Source: an uncultured Acidobacteriota bacterium
GTDB lineage: Bacteria > Acidobacteriota > Thermoanaerobaculia > Multivoradales > JAHEKO01
DNA length: 64,000 bases
NCBI GenBank assembly: GCA_963713825.1
Contig: CAVQNG010000025.1
Span: 480,001 to 544,000, forward strand
Direction: 5' to 3'
Below are positions 29,525-38,140 of this stretch, piece by piece. The first letter of the stretch is position 1. Each line of letters starts with the position of its first letter. The notes under the pieces were generated by a model that worked only from the letters and a program-made list of their open reading frames with translations, did no database searches and was not told where the DNA came from. The translations under genes were made by a program, and so were the position numbers.

Positions 29525-30292
29525 TTATTTGTGCTGCCAGTCGGGTGTCCGCTTCTCGAGGAAGGCGGCCAGTCCCTCTTGCATGTCTTGCGTTTCGATC
29601 AGCTCTTCCAAATAGAGTCGCTCGCTCTCCGCCAGCGCTTCGTCGAATGACCGGTCGCGACCGGCCAGAATCGCTCGTTTCAGCAATCTGAGCACGGGCA
29701 GGCTCCTTCGAGCGATCTGATCCTTGAGTCGCTCGAGCTCGATGTCGAGCTCGTCAGCCGGCACCTGTCGGCTGACGAAACCCATCTGCTCGGCTTCATC
29801 GCAGTCGACATTGCGCCCAGTGATCAGCAGGTCGAAGGTCTTCGCCGGGCCAATGCGTTTCGGATAGAGGGCCGTCGCCAACGGCGGGATGCAGCCGAGC
29901 TCGATCTCGGGCTGCCCGAAGCGACTGTTATCGCTGGCCAGAACGATGTCGCAGCCCGCTGCCAGCTCCATGCCGCCACCCAGGCAATGGCCCTGAACTG
30001 CGGCAATGCTCACCGCCCTCATCTGCCGAAGGCAGCGAATCGCGCCGTGAAAGTCCTCCAGCATGGTCGGTACCAGCTCTCGCGTGTGGTCCTCTACCGC
30101 AACCCCAGCCGAGAAGGCCGTCTCGCCGGCGCCACGGAGGACCACCGCGGCCAACTCTTCATCCTGGTCGAGCCGTCGGAGCTGAAGTCGCAGCTCGGCC
30201 AGAATGTCGAGATCGAGGATGTTCAAAGGTGGGCGGTTCAGCGTGATCGTGACGATCCGCTTGTGTCGCTCAATGATCAGTTTCTGACTCAT
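29525..30292 (-). CDS. Enoyl-CoA hydratase/isomerase (possibly dienoyl-CoA hydratase-like)
   Basis: NRPPLNIL, FSAGV, GGGMEL, GQPEI. Confidence 0.9.
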   Translation of the reverse strand: MSQKLIIERHKRIVTITLNRPPLNILDLDILAELRLQLRRLDQDEELAAVVLRGAGETAFSAGVAVEDHTRELVPTMLEDFHGAIRCLRQMRAVSIAAVQGHCLGGGMELAAGCDIVLASDNSRFGQPEIELGCIPPLATALYPKRIGPAKTFDLLITGRNVDCDEAEQMGFVSRQVPADELDIELERLKDQIARRSLPVLRLLKRAILAGRDRSFDEALAESERLYLEELIETQDMQEGLAAFLEKRTPDWQHK

Positions 30293-30368
30293 GACGAGAA
30301 CCCCTCGGTGAGCACCGCCAGGCCCACTCCACCGGCCGACCCACCAGCGGCTATACGAATGTCGAAGC

Positions 30369-31187
30369 TCAGACGCCCTTGAATTCGGGCTTGCGCTTTT
30401 CGATGTAAGCGCTCAAGCCCTCCTGAGCATCTGCGCTCTGGAACAGCTGCTGCTGCAACTCTCGCTCGATGGCCAGGCCGCTCTCGAAAGGCACCTCGGC
30501 TCCCGACTGCACCGACCGCTTGATTCGGCCCACGGCTTTCGAAGCCATGTTGGGCGGGCAGAACTTCTTGGCGAAGTCGTGGATCTGACCCATGAAGTCG
30601 TCGCCGTCCAAGATGTCGTTCACCAGGCCCAATTCTTGACCCTCCTCGAAGGACAGAAGGCGGCCGGTCACCATTAGATCGATGGCCCGGCTCTTACCAA
30701 CGAGACGAGCCAACCGCTGGGTGCCGCCCGTGCCCGGCAGGACCCCGAGATTGATCTCTGGTAGTCCGAGCTTGCCACCATCCTTCTTGGCGAGGCGGAG
30801 GTCGGCGGCCATCGCGATCTCGAGGCCGCCCCCTACCGTATGACCGTTGAGGGCAGCTAGAACCAGCTTTGGCGTGTGCTCGAGCCGATTCAGGGTCTCG
30901 TTGGCGTGTAGGCAGAAGTTGTACTTGAAGTAGGGGTCGGACTTCTTCAACATGTTGATATTGGCACCGGCACAGAAGAACTTCTCGCCTAGGCCTGTAA
31001 GGACCAGGACATGGACTTCTTCGTCGAACCGGGCCTTGAGAATCGCTGTGTCCAAGTCACACATCATCTCGTGGGTGTAGGTGTTTGCCGGCGGGTCGGT
31101 GAGCGTCAAGTAGGCAACGCCATCTCGCACTTCGTAGTTGACGAGCGTCGGGTCGTTGGTGGTTCCTTCAGCGTCAGGCTGAGCCAT
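30369..31187 (-). CDS. Enoyl-CoA hydratase/isomerase
   Basis: PPANTY, FFCAGANI, GGGLEIA, LPEINLGVLPGTGGTQRL; GGAGG RBS before MAQPD. Confidence 0.92.
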   Translation of the reverse strand: MAQPDAEGTTNDPTLVNYEVRDGVAYLTLTDPPANTYTHEMMCDLDTAILKARFDEEVHVLVLTGLGEKFFCAGANINMLKKSDPYFKYNFCLHANETLNRLEHTPKLVLAALNGHTVGGGLEIAMAADLRLAKKDGGKLGLPEINLGVLPGTGGTQRLARLVGKSRAIDLMVTGRLLSFEEGQELGLVNDILDGDDFMGQIHDFAKKFCPPNMASKAVGRIKRSVQSGAEVPFESGLAIERELQQQLFQSADAQEGLSAYIEKRKPEFKGV

Positions 31188-31388
31188 AATCTTCCTCCAG
31201 TTGCAATTGGGGTGGCGGCGTGGCGCGGGCCGCCCCGCTTTGGGATCGCCTCGGTCGGCTATTGTTACACGTGCCTGGAAGGCTAGCAAATAGGGTCAGG
31301 GCCCTCGCAGCCACCCCGAGGTTGCCCTGAAGCCGTCGGAATCTTTAGAATTTCTCTTCTCGATCATGTCTCGCTCACGGCCACTCGG

Positions 31389-32126
31389 ATGATTACGGGC
31401 TACAACACCGACGTCCCCCACTCCGATGTGGTCTTTCATGTACAGACCGAGGACAAGGGTATTGCCAGCGCTTTCATCGAAAGCCTGGTCTACGTCGGTG
31501 GTCAGGTGCTGGCCAAGAAGAGGACGAGCTACAAAAGCGCCCTGGATGCAGGCGAGGGCAAGAAGCGCATCGTCGAGCTGATGGACCAACAGCACCGATT
31601 GACGATCGCCGAGATTCAAAGCGGCAAGTACGACAGCCAGGTTCCGGGAGGCAAGGCCGCCGAGTCATCGATGAGCGCTGAGGAGTTCCTGAAAGACCCG
31701 AAGGTGGCTCCCGAGGTGGAGGTGGAGCACCTGCCGACGCCGGAACCGACTCGTCAAGTCGCGACTTCGGAAGCGGAGAGCCCGACCCTCGACCAGATCA
31801 TCATGGACTACCTCAACTCGGAGTCCGAGCAGGAGGCCCTGATTCTGATGATGGACGCGGATCACGAATTCGCTCTCGGTGAGACCGTGGCTTTGCGTTT
31901 CCGCACCAAAGGCAGCCTGAGCGGACAGGCCGTGCCGGGGACTCGGATCTCGGTCAAGATGATCTCCACCGTCGTCGGTCCGGCCACCCTGGCGCAGGGT
32001 GAGACCAATGCCGGGGGCGAGCTCAAATTGTCGGTAACGATCCCTGCCCTGCAGCGCGGCAGCAGTGCCCTGATCGTGACTGCCAGCAGTGCGATTGGCA
32101 CAGCCGAGATCAAGCAACTACTGTAG
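31389..32126 (+). CDS. Conserved hypothetical protein
   Basis: N-terminal MITGYNTDV..FHVQTEDKG segment and a beta-rich C-terminus; its last ~100 nt lie inside the att repeat. Confidence 0.8.
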   Translation: MITGYNTDVPHSDVVFHVQTEDKGIASAFIESLVYVGGQVLAKKRTSYKSALDAGEGKKRIVELMDQQHRLTIAEIQSGKYDSQVPGGKAAESSMSAEEFLKDPKVAPEVEVEHLPTPEPTRQVATSEAESPTLDQIIMDYLNSESEQEALILMMDADHEFALGETVALRFRTKGSLSGQAVPGTRISVKMISTVVGPATLAQGETNAGGELKLSVTIPALQRGSSALIVTASSAIGTAEIKQLL

Positions 32127-32254
32127 GTAGAATAGCTTCGAATCTTCCCTCTCGCACTTGACGCGAGAGCGTGTATAATCCCCCGTTCGAGGGCCGCTAG
32201 CTCAACTGGCAGAGCAGCAGACTCTTAATCTGCGGGTTCGGGGTTCGAGTCCCT
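32027..32254 (+). repeat. attL: 228-bp direct repeat (copy 1)
   Basis: Matches 44260-44487 except two substitutions (CAGCGC/CAACGC and TTCGAATC/TTCGGATC). Confidence 0.95.
32191..32254 (+). pseudogene. 3'-truncated tRNA-Lys(CTT) fragment at attL
   Basis: First 64 nt of the tRNA, then diverges (TTCTCC...); lacks the 3' acceptor strand and CCA. Confidence 0.92.
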
Positions 32255-32337
32255 TTCTCCTTACTCAACACCTGCCGCTTTCTTCCTCCTCATGGGCCAC
32301 CCATGGGCCAGTTGGTATTCAAAAAACCACCGAGAAT

Positions 32338-32601
32338 CTAGCCTAGAGCCTTCGGCGGCAGCGTCCGTGCTTTCTTAGTTTCTTCGATCAGTTCCTGCAC
32401 TTTCTCCCGCACCATCTCGCTGACACTGCGCTCGGTGTAGGCGGAGATGAGCCGCAGCGCCTTCCTTTCCTCAGGAGCGAGGTAGATGACTACCCGCATG
32501 AGGCCGCCAGATGTGACGGTGGTCTCGCCACCTTTCGGGCCCTTTGGGACCTTGCCCTTGGCGGCCTTCTTGATACCTTTACCGCTGCTCGTTGGAGTCA
32601 T
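32338..32601 (-). CDS. Ribbon-helix-helix (CopG/ParG-like) DNA-binding protein with a Lys-rich N-terminal tail
   Basis: MRVVIYLAPEERKALRLISAYTERSVSEMVREKV has the beta-alpha-alpha RHH pattern. Confidence 0.75.
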   Translation of the reverse strand: MTPTSSGKGIKKAAKGKVPKGPKGGETTVTSGGLMRVVIYLAPEERKALRLISAYTERSVSEMVREKVQELIEETKKARTLPPKALG

Positions 32602-33044
32602 CGCTGTTTCCCTGCCAGATGTTCCTCTTGGCGTTGGGCGTTGATGTGCCGCCCCTGCGGCTGCGTCATGCGGATGATAACATATCGGCAACATGGGTGC
32701 ATAGGCATATGTGATTATGGGCCCGTAGAGACACGAACCCTGATCCCCAGCCACTCTTACCCTCAAAGATGATCAAAGTGGCCTCAGGGCGATTCTGAGG
32801 CGATTGTGGGCTTGGTGAGGGCCTGCTCAGAGCGCGCACTCAGCAAGGGCGATTTAGTGGACTGAGGTCAACCTCGTTGAACCACCTGGGTTCAGTCCCG
32901 ATGTCTCGCCTTCTGAATGAAGTGCATCAGTGGCTTGAAGGAGATTTCGGAGAACCATCGGCCAGACGCTCCAAGGTAGGATGGGTTTAGGAATGGCGAT
33001 GTGCCTAGTCGAAGGGCACCAGTTCGTTTTGAAGGAGGTGGGAA

Positions 33045-33362
33045 TTGCAGCTAGGCGCAGATGACACCGCCTTCGTGGTGATTACTGCTACGGTAGTTGT
33101 GGCGTTGTTGGTTTGTTGGTCTTCGCAGCGTTTCTTTAGGTACTTGAAACTTCATCATCGAGAGTTGTGGGATGAATTGGGAAGACCACATGCCTTTCTG
33201 AATCAATCGACCGATGCCACCAACTTTCTGCTACGAGGTCAGTATAGGCACCTCAAAGACCCTCGACTGAATCGTCATGGAAGCATTTGGAAGGTGACGA
33301 TGATGGGCTTTGTGGCAGCACTCTGGCTAGCACTCATATCCCTGGTGGTGAGTCAGTTGTGA
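33045..33362 (+). CDS. Small 2-TM protein (UspB-like architecture), paralogue A
   Basis: GGAGG RBS; TM, LKLHHRELWDELGRP...FLLRGQYRHLKDP, TM. Confidence 0.75.
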   Translation: MQLGADDTAFVVITATVVVALLVCWSSQRFFRYLKLHHRELWDELGRPHAFLNQSTDATNFLLRGQYRHLKDPRLNRHGSIWKVTMMGFVAALWLALISLVVSQL

Positions 33363-33416
33363 CTCGAATCCAACTGGTGTGCCAGAGGTCATGAATGAAA
33401 TGAGAACCTGACAGCG

Positions 33417-33740
33417 ATGTGGAACGCACTTCTCACCACCACTTGGTCAGCGCTCGTGGTGCTTGTCGTGACTCTCCTCATTGTCTGGTATTTGCTCCTG
33501 CGACGCCTGCGGCACCACCATGAAGAACTCTGGCACTCCTTCGGAGAGCCGAGATTTTTCAGAACAACGATTCAGAAGCAGAATGATGTTCGGAAGTTCC
33601 TACGTTCGGGGGAGTACAGGAAACTCGGTGATCCTCAAATGGACCTGCTTGTACTTCTGGCAAAGATCCTAAACCCTCTTGCATCGTTGCTGTTTGTGGT
33701 CTGGGTCGTTGGAGAGTTGTTGATGTGCTGGGTCCCGTGA
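33417..33740 (+). CDS. Small 2-TM protein, paralogue B
   Basis: TM, LRHHHEELWHSFGEP...FLRSGEYRKLGDP, TM; clearly homologous to 33045-33362. Confidence 0.78.
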   Translation: MWNALLTTTWSALVVLVVTLLIVWYLLLRRLRHHHEELWHSFGEPRFFRTTIQKQNDVRKFLRSGEYRKLGDPQMDLLVLLAKILNPLASLLFVVWVVGELLMCWVP

Positions 33741-34387
33741 TTCAGTCCGAAAGAGAGGATTGCTTGAGAGTTGGAGCCCTCTTCGCGCTTGGTGATGCTC
33801 GCCTGCTTCTGGTGGCGCTGACGATGTTCTTCGGTTGTGGCCTGATGAGTGCCGCAAAAGAGGACACTCCAACCTACAGAATCAGCAGTCTTCCAGAAGA
33901 TGCGGTCCTTGAGTATGGGTTTCACGGAGGATACGGCTTAACGTCGCCTCGGTATCACCTGTACGGTGATGGGCTCCTAGTTCGGGAGGTGATCGACAAA
34001 ATGACTAACCGAGCAGTAACCACCAAAGAGCTTCAACTCTCGCTGCAGGATGTCGATGCCCTAATGCAAATGGTGGTTGAGTCTGGAGTGCCGGAATTGA
34101 CACAGCACAAGATTCGCGCTGTGGTTGGGCCGGGGTCGTTGGTCCAAGACGCATGGATGGTGGTCTTGCAGCTACGGTTCGAGAGCTATCAAAGAGAAGG
34201 GAAAGCGGAGATAGCCCCATTTGAGCCGAAGATTACAATGGAAACACCGTCACTGGTGGCCGAGGCGTTTCCTGATTTCCGAGAAGCACATGCTCTGGTA
34301 GCGCTCAACGAAGCGCTAGAAGAGTACTTCGAACAGTCTGGAACTGAGGCGGTGATGGAAGCCTCCCAGGGCCCACCCGGCAACTGA
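33725..34387 (+). CDS. Hypothetical putative lipoprotein, paralogue A (start uncertain)
   Basis: Hydrophobic stretch ending FFGC; AVLE...GG...YHLYGDGLL. Confidence 0.72.
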   Translation: MLGPVIQSEREDCLRVGALFALGDARLLLVALTMFFGCGLMSAAKEDTPTYRISSLPEDAVLEYGFHGGYGLTSPRYHLYGDGLLVREVIDKMTNRAVTTKELQLSLQDVDALMQMVVESGVPELTQHKIRAVVGPGSLVQDAWMVVLQLRFESYQREGKAEIAPFEPKITMETPSLVAEAFPDFREAHALVALNEALEEYFEQSGTEAVMEASQGPPGN

Positions 34388-34401
34388 CAGATGAAGGTGC
34401 T

Positions 34402-35028
34402 ATGAGGGGCTCGATGGTCATTCAGAAGTACGTCACCTGCCTAGGTCTAGTAGCCCTGCTTTTTGCGGGTTGTTCGCGAAGCGGGGCAGAAGAGTTCACG
34501 CCGAACGAGATGTCTACGGGTGTACAGGACGTTGACGCGATGAACTTGGAAAGGACATTCACATTCTCCGCAGATCCCGCAGTTGCGGTCCTTCAACTTC
34601 ACTGGAGCGGCGGCTTGCGAATGGATACCGTTGAGTACTCTCTTCTAGGTGATGGGCGTCTTCGCAAGGTGCGCAGGTCTAGGAGCGCTCTTCACGAGAG
34701 CGAAGAAGTGGAGTTGTCGTATGGCGAAGCCGAGGCTCTCCTACGGCTGGCCGTCGACGGCGGGCTGATGGAATGGGACTGGGACCGTCTTCGGGCGCAA
34801 TTTGTCGCTGCAGCGGGGCATGAACCCGCAGGTACGGACTCGAGGATCCTCCAATTTCGAATTGTCCTTGAGACCTATTCGGGGATTATGGAATCGCACG
34901 AGGGTTCAATAGCAAAGACGTTCTCGACCTCATCTCCCGCTCTCCTCAGACGAGAAGCACCTGAGATCAGAGAAATCGCAGCGCTTGATGAGTTGAGTCA
35001 GCAATTGGCGCGCTATTTCGGGCGGTAA
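34402..35028 (+). CDS. Hypothetical lipoprotein, paralogue B
   Basis: Lipobox LFAGC; AVLQ...GG...YSLLGDGRL; homologous to the preceding ORF. Confidence 0.78.
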   Translation: MRGSMVIQKYVTCLGLVALLFAGCSRSGAEEFTPNEMSTGVQDVDAMNLERTFTFSADPAVAVLQLHWSGGLRMDTVEYSLLGDGRLRKVRRSRSALHESEEVELSYGEAEALLRLAVDGGLMEWDWDRLRAQFVAAAGHEPAGTDSRILQFRIVLETYSGIMESHEGSIAKTFSTSSPALLRREAPEIREIAALDELSQQLARYFGR

Positions 35029-35055
35029 ACGCGGCGGGGATAGCTCCCGACCTTG

Positions 35056-35143
35056 GCCGGTGGAGTTCCGGCGCGTGTGGCGCGCATACATTTCTCCTTA
35101 CCCCTGTTAGGGCTGGTGAAGGTGGGTGTAGGGTAGGGGGCTC
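35056..35143 (+). repeat. 88-bp island repeat, copy R1
   Basis: Aligns without gaps to 39151-39238 and 40970-41057. Confidence 0.88.
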
Positions 35144-35268
35144 AGAAGAGCGTTCCCTCAGTTGGGCTGCGCTGCAGCGTTTGGACGAATCCACTCACGA
35201 ACCTGCTTCTCACAGTCTCCACGTTTCTGCAGTACAAATGTGCCGACCAATCGCGGATCGAAAGCCAA

Positions 35269-35673
35269 TCAAGGTCCCGGTCTGTTCTGAAGGACTCGCC
35301 TTCTTCGGGGCCAAGGCAAGGGGACGTTTAGAAGACTCCAAGTCTTAACAGTCTTCCAGGTGGCACCGTCGGGTTTTTGCATTCTTGCCTTCGTCGCTGT
35401 CTTGCCTCTGTAGAACTCGACGATTCGGTAATCCCCTGACAGCAGCCCGGCGACCTCTTGGCGGCACAGTCGCCTAACGCTCTCTTCACCACATGGGAAC
35501 CATGAACCGCGAAAGGCGCCGGCTTCGAGAAACACCTCGTCAATTTGCAAGTTCAGGTTGACATCAAATAGCAGACCTCTCTGGCGGGGGATGTCCAGGT
35601 TCAGATCGAGACCACTTTCGGCAGGCTGCCTCAGCAGTCGGGCCGCTTCCTTCCGTGCAGTGTGGTCGATCAT
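35269..35673 (-). CDS. Hypothetical protein, possibly chimeric or degenerate
   Basis: 134-aa ORF containing LDIPRQRGLLFDVNLNLQ and SWFPC segments. Confidence 0.55.
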   Translation of the reverse strand: MIDHTARKEAARLLRQPAESGLDLNLDIPRQRGLLFDVNLNLQIDEVFLEAGAFRGSWFPCGEESVRRLCRQEVAGLLSGDYRIVEFYRGKTATKARMQKPDGATWKTVKTWSLLNVPLPWPRRRRVLQNRPGP

Positions 35674-35702
35674 TGGTGCGATTCTCGGCTCATCGCTTCA
35701 GT

Positions 35703-36635
35703 TCACTCGCCTGGCCGTGAGGCTCGTAACGCCCGAATCGTAGCCTCATACTGGTTGTCACCGAGAGCGACGACTGTCAAGAATCCCACCAGCTTCTGCC
35801 CATCGGGCGATTCCTGCTGGAATATCTGCATGTCGCTGACAGTCCCGCTCGACTCCGCGTCAGGAAGCCATCCCTGTTCCACCATCTGACCTCCGAAGTG
35901 CCTCGCCACTGCGACTCGAGACATGTCCACCTTGAACAGGTTGCTCCTGCTGCGGGAGTCTCCAAGACCCTGGCTGCCTGAGTTCCCCCCACCCCCGCCG
36001 CCAATCCAAACGGAGTCCTCGGGGAGATGTAGGGTGGGAAGGAAGCGTTCGAACTGGTCATAGTGGCGGTCCCCCACTAGTCGCCATCGGTCCGAACTGC
36101 CAGGCCAGCAGTCATCATCATCGAGAATGTCTAGTACTGCGAGAGTCTGATCCTGAAGCGGATGAACAACCACCGACAGCAATCTGTGGTCAGGGCCGCA
36201 AAGGGACACTTCTTCCGAGTCTGAATAGACGAACCCACCAGGCTGGGCAGGTCCCTTTTCAGCGGCTCGCCATTCCCCGCTCAACAGCGCCGCGCGGATG
36301 AGATCTCTCGCCTGGTCGGGTTTGCTGGGAACGCGTACCGCAACTCGCGCCCACGTCTCTGAGCTGGCACTTGCGACTACAGTGGCTCCGCTGGGAAGGG
36401 GGACCAGCTCTTGCAGCCCCGCCGGCATGCCTCCAGGCGTGACCGCCGGTACGCCACGAAACTTGGACGACAGCATTGCTGAAACCTCTTCTGCGGACAC
36501 GCAGTTCGACACTGTCTGCGAGAAGACCGGCATCACGAAGCAGCCCAGCATGAGACCGAGAAGGAGACCAACTCGTCCTTCGCTTCGGAAAAGAGCCACG
36601 GCACACCTCCGATCTTGGAGCGGTTGAAACCTCAT
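35703..36635 (-). CDS. Hypothetical secreted protein
   Basis: Signal-like LLLGLMLGCFVMPVFS; Gly-rich linker; start placed at MRFQ after GAGGGGG. Confidence 0.7.
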   Translation of the reverse strand: MRFQPLQDRRCAVALFRSEGRVGLLLGLMLGCFVMPVFSQTVSNCVSAEEVSAMLSSKFRGVPAVTPGGMPAGLQELVPLPSGATVVASASSETWARVAVRVPSKPDQARDLIRAALLSGEWRAAEKGPAQPGGFVYSDSEEVSLCGPDHRLLSVVVHPLQDQTLAVLDILDDDDCWPGSSDRWRLVGDRHYDQFERFLPTLHLPEDSVWIGGGGGGNSGSQGLGDSRSRSNLFKVDMSRVAVARHFGGQMVEQGWLPDAESSGTVSDMQIFQQESPDGQKLVGFLTVVALGDNQYEATIRALRASRPGE

Positions 36636-36720
36636 TCTACTGATCCCCCTCTGGAACATGTCCGACTTGTTCCCGTAGGTGACCTCAGAGACTGATATCA
36701 ACCCCGTTGAAGACCCGTCT

Positions 36721-36909
36721 TCAGTCCCGATCCCTTGAGTTTTCGCCCAAGGCGGCGAACCTGCCAACGAAGCCGAATATACCGACAAACGTCACCAGTC
36801 CCATCCAAAACCCCTTGTAGATAGCTACGTAGATTCCGGCGGCAAGACCCGCGATGAACGCGAACACGATCAACGCGAGAGGCAGAGTTCCCTCATCCCA
36901 ACGAGACAT
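36721..36909 (-). CDS. Small 2-TM protein (62 aa)
   Basis: Two hydrophobic helices; AAGG RBS. Confidence 0.55.
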   Translation of the reverse strand: MSRWDEGTLPLALIVFAFIAGLAAGIYVAIYKGFWMGLVTFVGIFGFVGRFAALGENSRDRD

Positions 36910-37032
36910 GACGTACCTTAAAGGACTGTAGCACTAGAACCACTGCGACCCGACTTCGACGGGAGTCCCTCTACCTTCCCGGGAGGGTGGTGCATCGTTT
37001 ATGTAGTGCCTGCTAGGGTGCCTCCAGCAGAG

Positions 37033-37605
37033 ATGAAGCTAACAGGTAGATCGACTCTGTTGGTAGCTGTGGCCCAGGTCCTCCTGGCGGCCAGCTTTTC
37101 CTCCCCTCAGGGGAGATACCTCTCGGACGACGAGAGTGGCGTCAGGCAGATCAGAGAGACAGGAGATCAACGCATTTGCAGAGTTGTCAGCACGGTTGAG
37201 CACCCACACCATTCGGAGGAGGAACGCAGAGAGTTCGAGTCGTTCACCAAGCTGTTCCATCTCAGTCTTCTAGAGGCGGAAGGAATACAGGTCGGGAATG
37301 GAGACCCCTGTGAAGGCGGTACCCTCGAATTGGCGATGAGGACCGCCAAAGACGAAGAGCGCGAGTACTTCTTCACAACCGTGGTTGTTCAGTACTTCGC
37401 CCACGAACCGACCAGAGAGAACCTCGGTGAAGCTGAGCCGGCGTGGGTGAAAGCCGGAGCCATAGACCCGATTCGTTACAAATCGAAGGATGCAGACAGA
37501 GATGACTGGGTCTACTTCCTGACCGGCAAGACGCTCGAGCTACACCTGAAGCTCTTCCACGAATTCGTGTCAGATTGGAAGGAGGCTCACGGGACCCCCT
37601 CGTGA
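37033..37605 (+). CDS. Hypothetical secreted protein
   Basis: Signal peptide MKLTGRSTLLVAVAQVLLAAS. Confidence 0.7.
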   Translation: MKLTGRSTLLVAVAQVLLAASFSSPQGRYLSDDESGVRQIRETGDQRICRVVSTVEHPHHSEEERREFESFTKLFHLSLLEAEGIQVGNGDPCEGGTLELAMRTAKDEEREYFFTTVVVQYFAHEPTRENLGEAEPAWVKAGAIDPIRYKSKDADRDDWVYFLTGKTLELHLKLFHEFVSDWKEAHGTPS

Positions 37606-37613
37606 GAGCTGGT

Positions 37614-37934
37614 ATGGACTCGCTGGGGTTGGCGGGTGATCCTGCCGCAAAGACCGGTATCGCAGCCTTGTCCGAGGAATACTTTGGATTGCCGCCAGAG
37701 GCCCTGGTGGTCGTAATCGTGGCCTCTGCAATTGGGTTCGGAGCGTCACTTCTGTTTACCCGCTCCTACCTCCGACGAGTAGGGAAACCTTGGACCTCGG
37801 CGTTGCATCCTCGGTTTATGCTTGATGCGGATTTCAACAAGAGAGAGCTGCTGATCTTGGGCGCCACGTTTGCCCTAGTATTTCTCTGGCTGTTGCTCTC
37901 CTCTTTCGTGAGGGGTTGGTTGAAGTACAGATAG
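37614..37934 (+). CDS. Small 2-TM protein
   Basis: TM, RRVGKPW...DFNKRE, TM. Confidence 0.65.
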   Translation: MDSLGLAGDPAAKTGIAALSEEYFGLPPEALVVVIVASAIGFGASLLFTRSYLRRVGKPWTSALHPRFMLDADFNKRELLILGATFALVFLWLLLSSFVRGWLKYR

Positions 37935-38140
37935 CTCCTGCACCATCCTTGTCTTTTTCGTTCTGGGGTGTGTTCCATGAGCGCTCCCTCCAGTCCAAAT
38001 ACCTTGGTAGTTAGGCCCGCCACTCAGACCGGGCATGACGGTTGAGTGGGGGTGCGGCATCGTGGTCCACTGGAGGGGTTCCCCAGGGAGGTCAGGGCGT
38101 CGGTTACACTTCTCTTGGTCAAATTGTGCGGAGGGGGCTA

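Noticed and set aside
32158-32179. TTGACG as the -35 element of the tRNA promoter
   Set aside because: It lies only 10 nt from TATAAT rather than ~17; only the -10 hexamer is supported.
37960-38000. Possible inverted fourth copy of the island repeat (GGAGCGCTCAT on the minus strand)
   Set aside because: Only about 10 nt resemble the consensus; the hairpin and GT-rich tail are missing.
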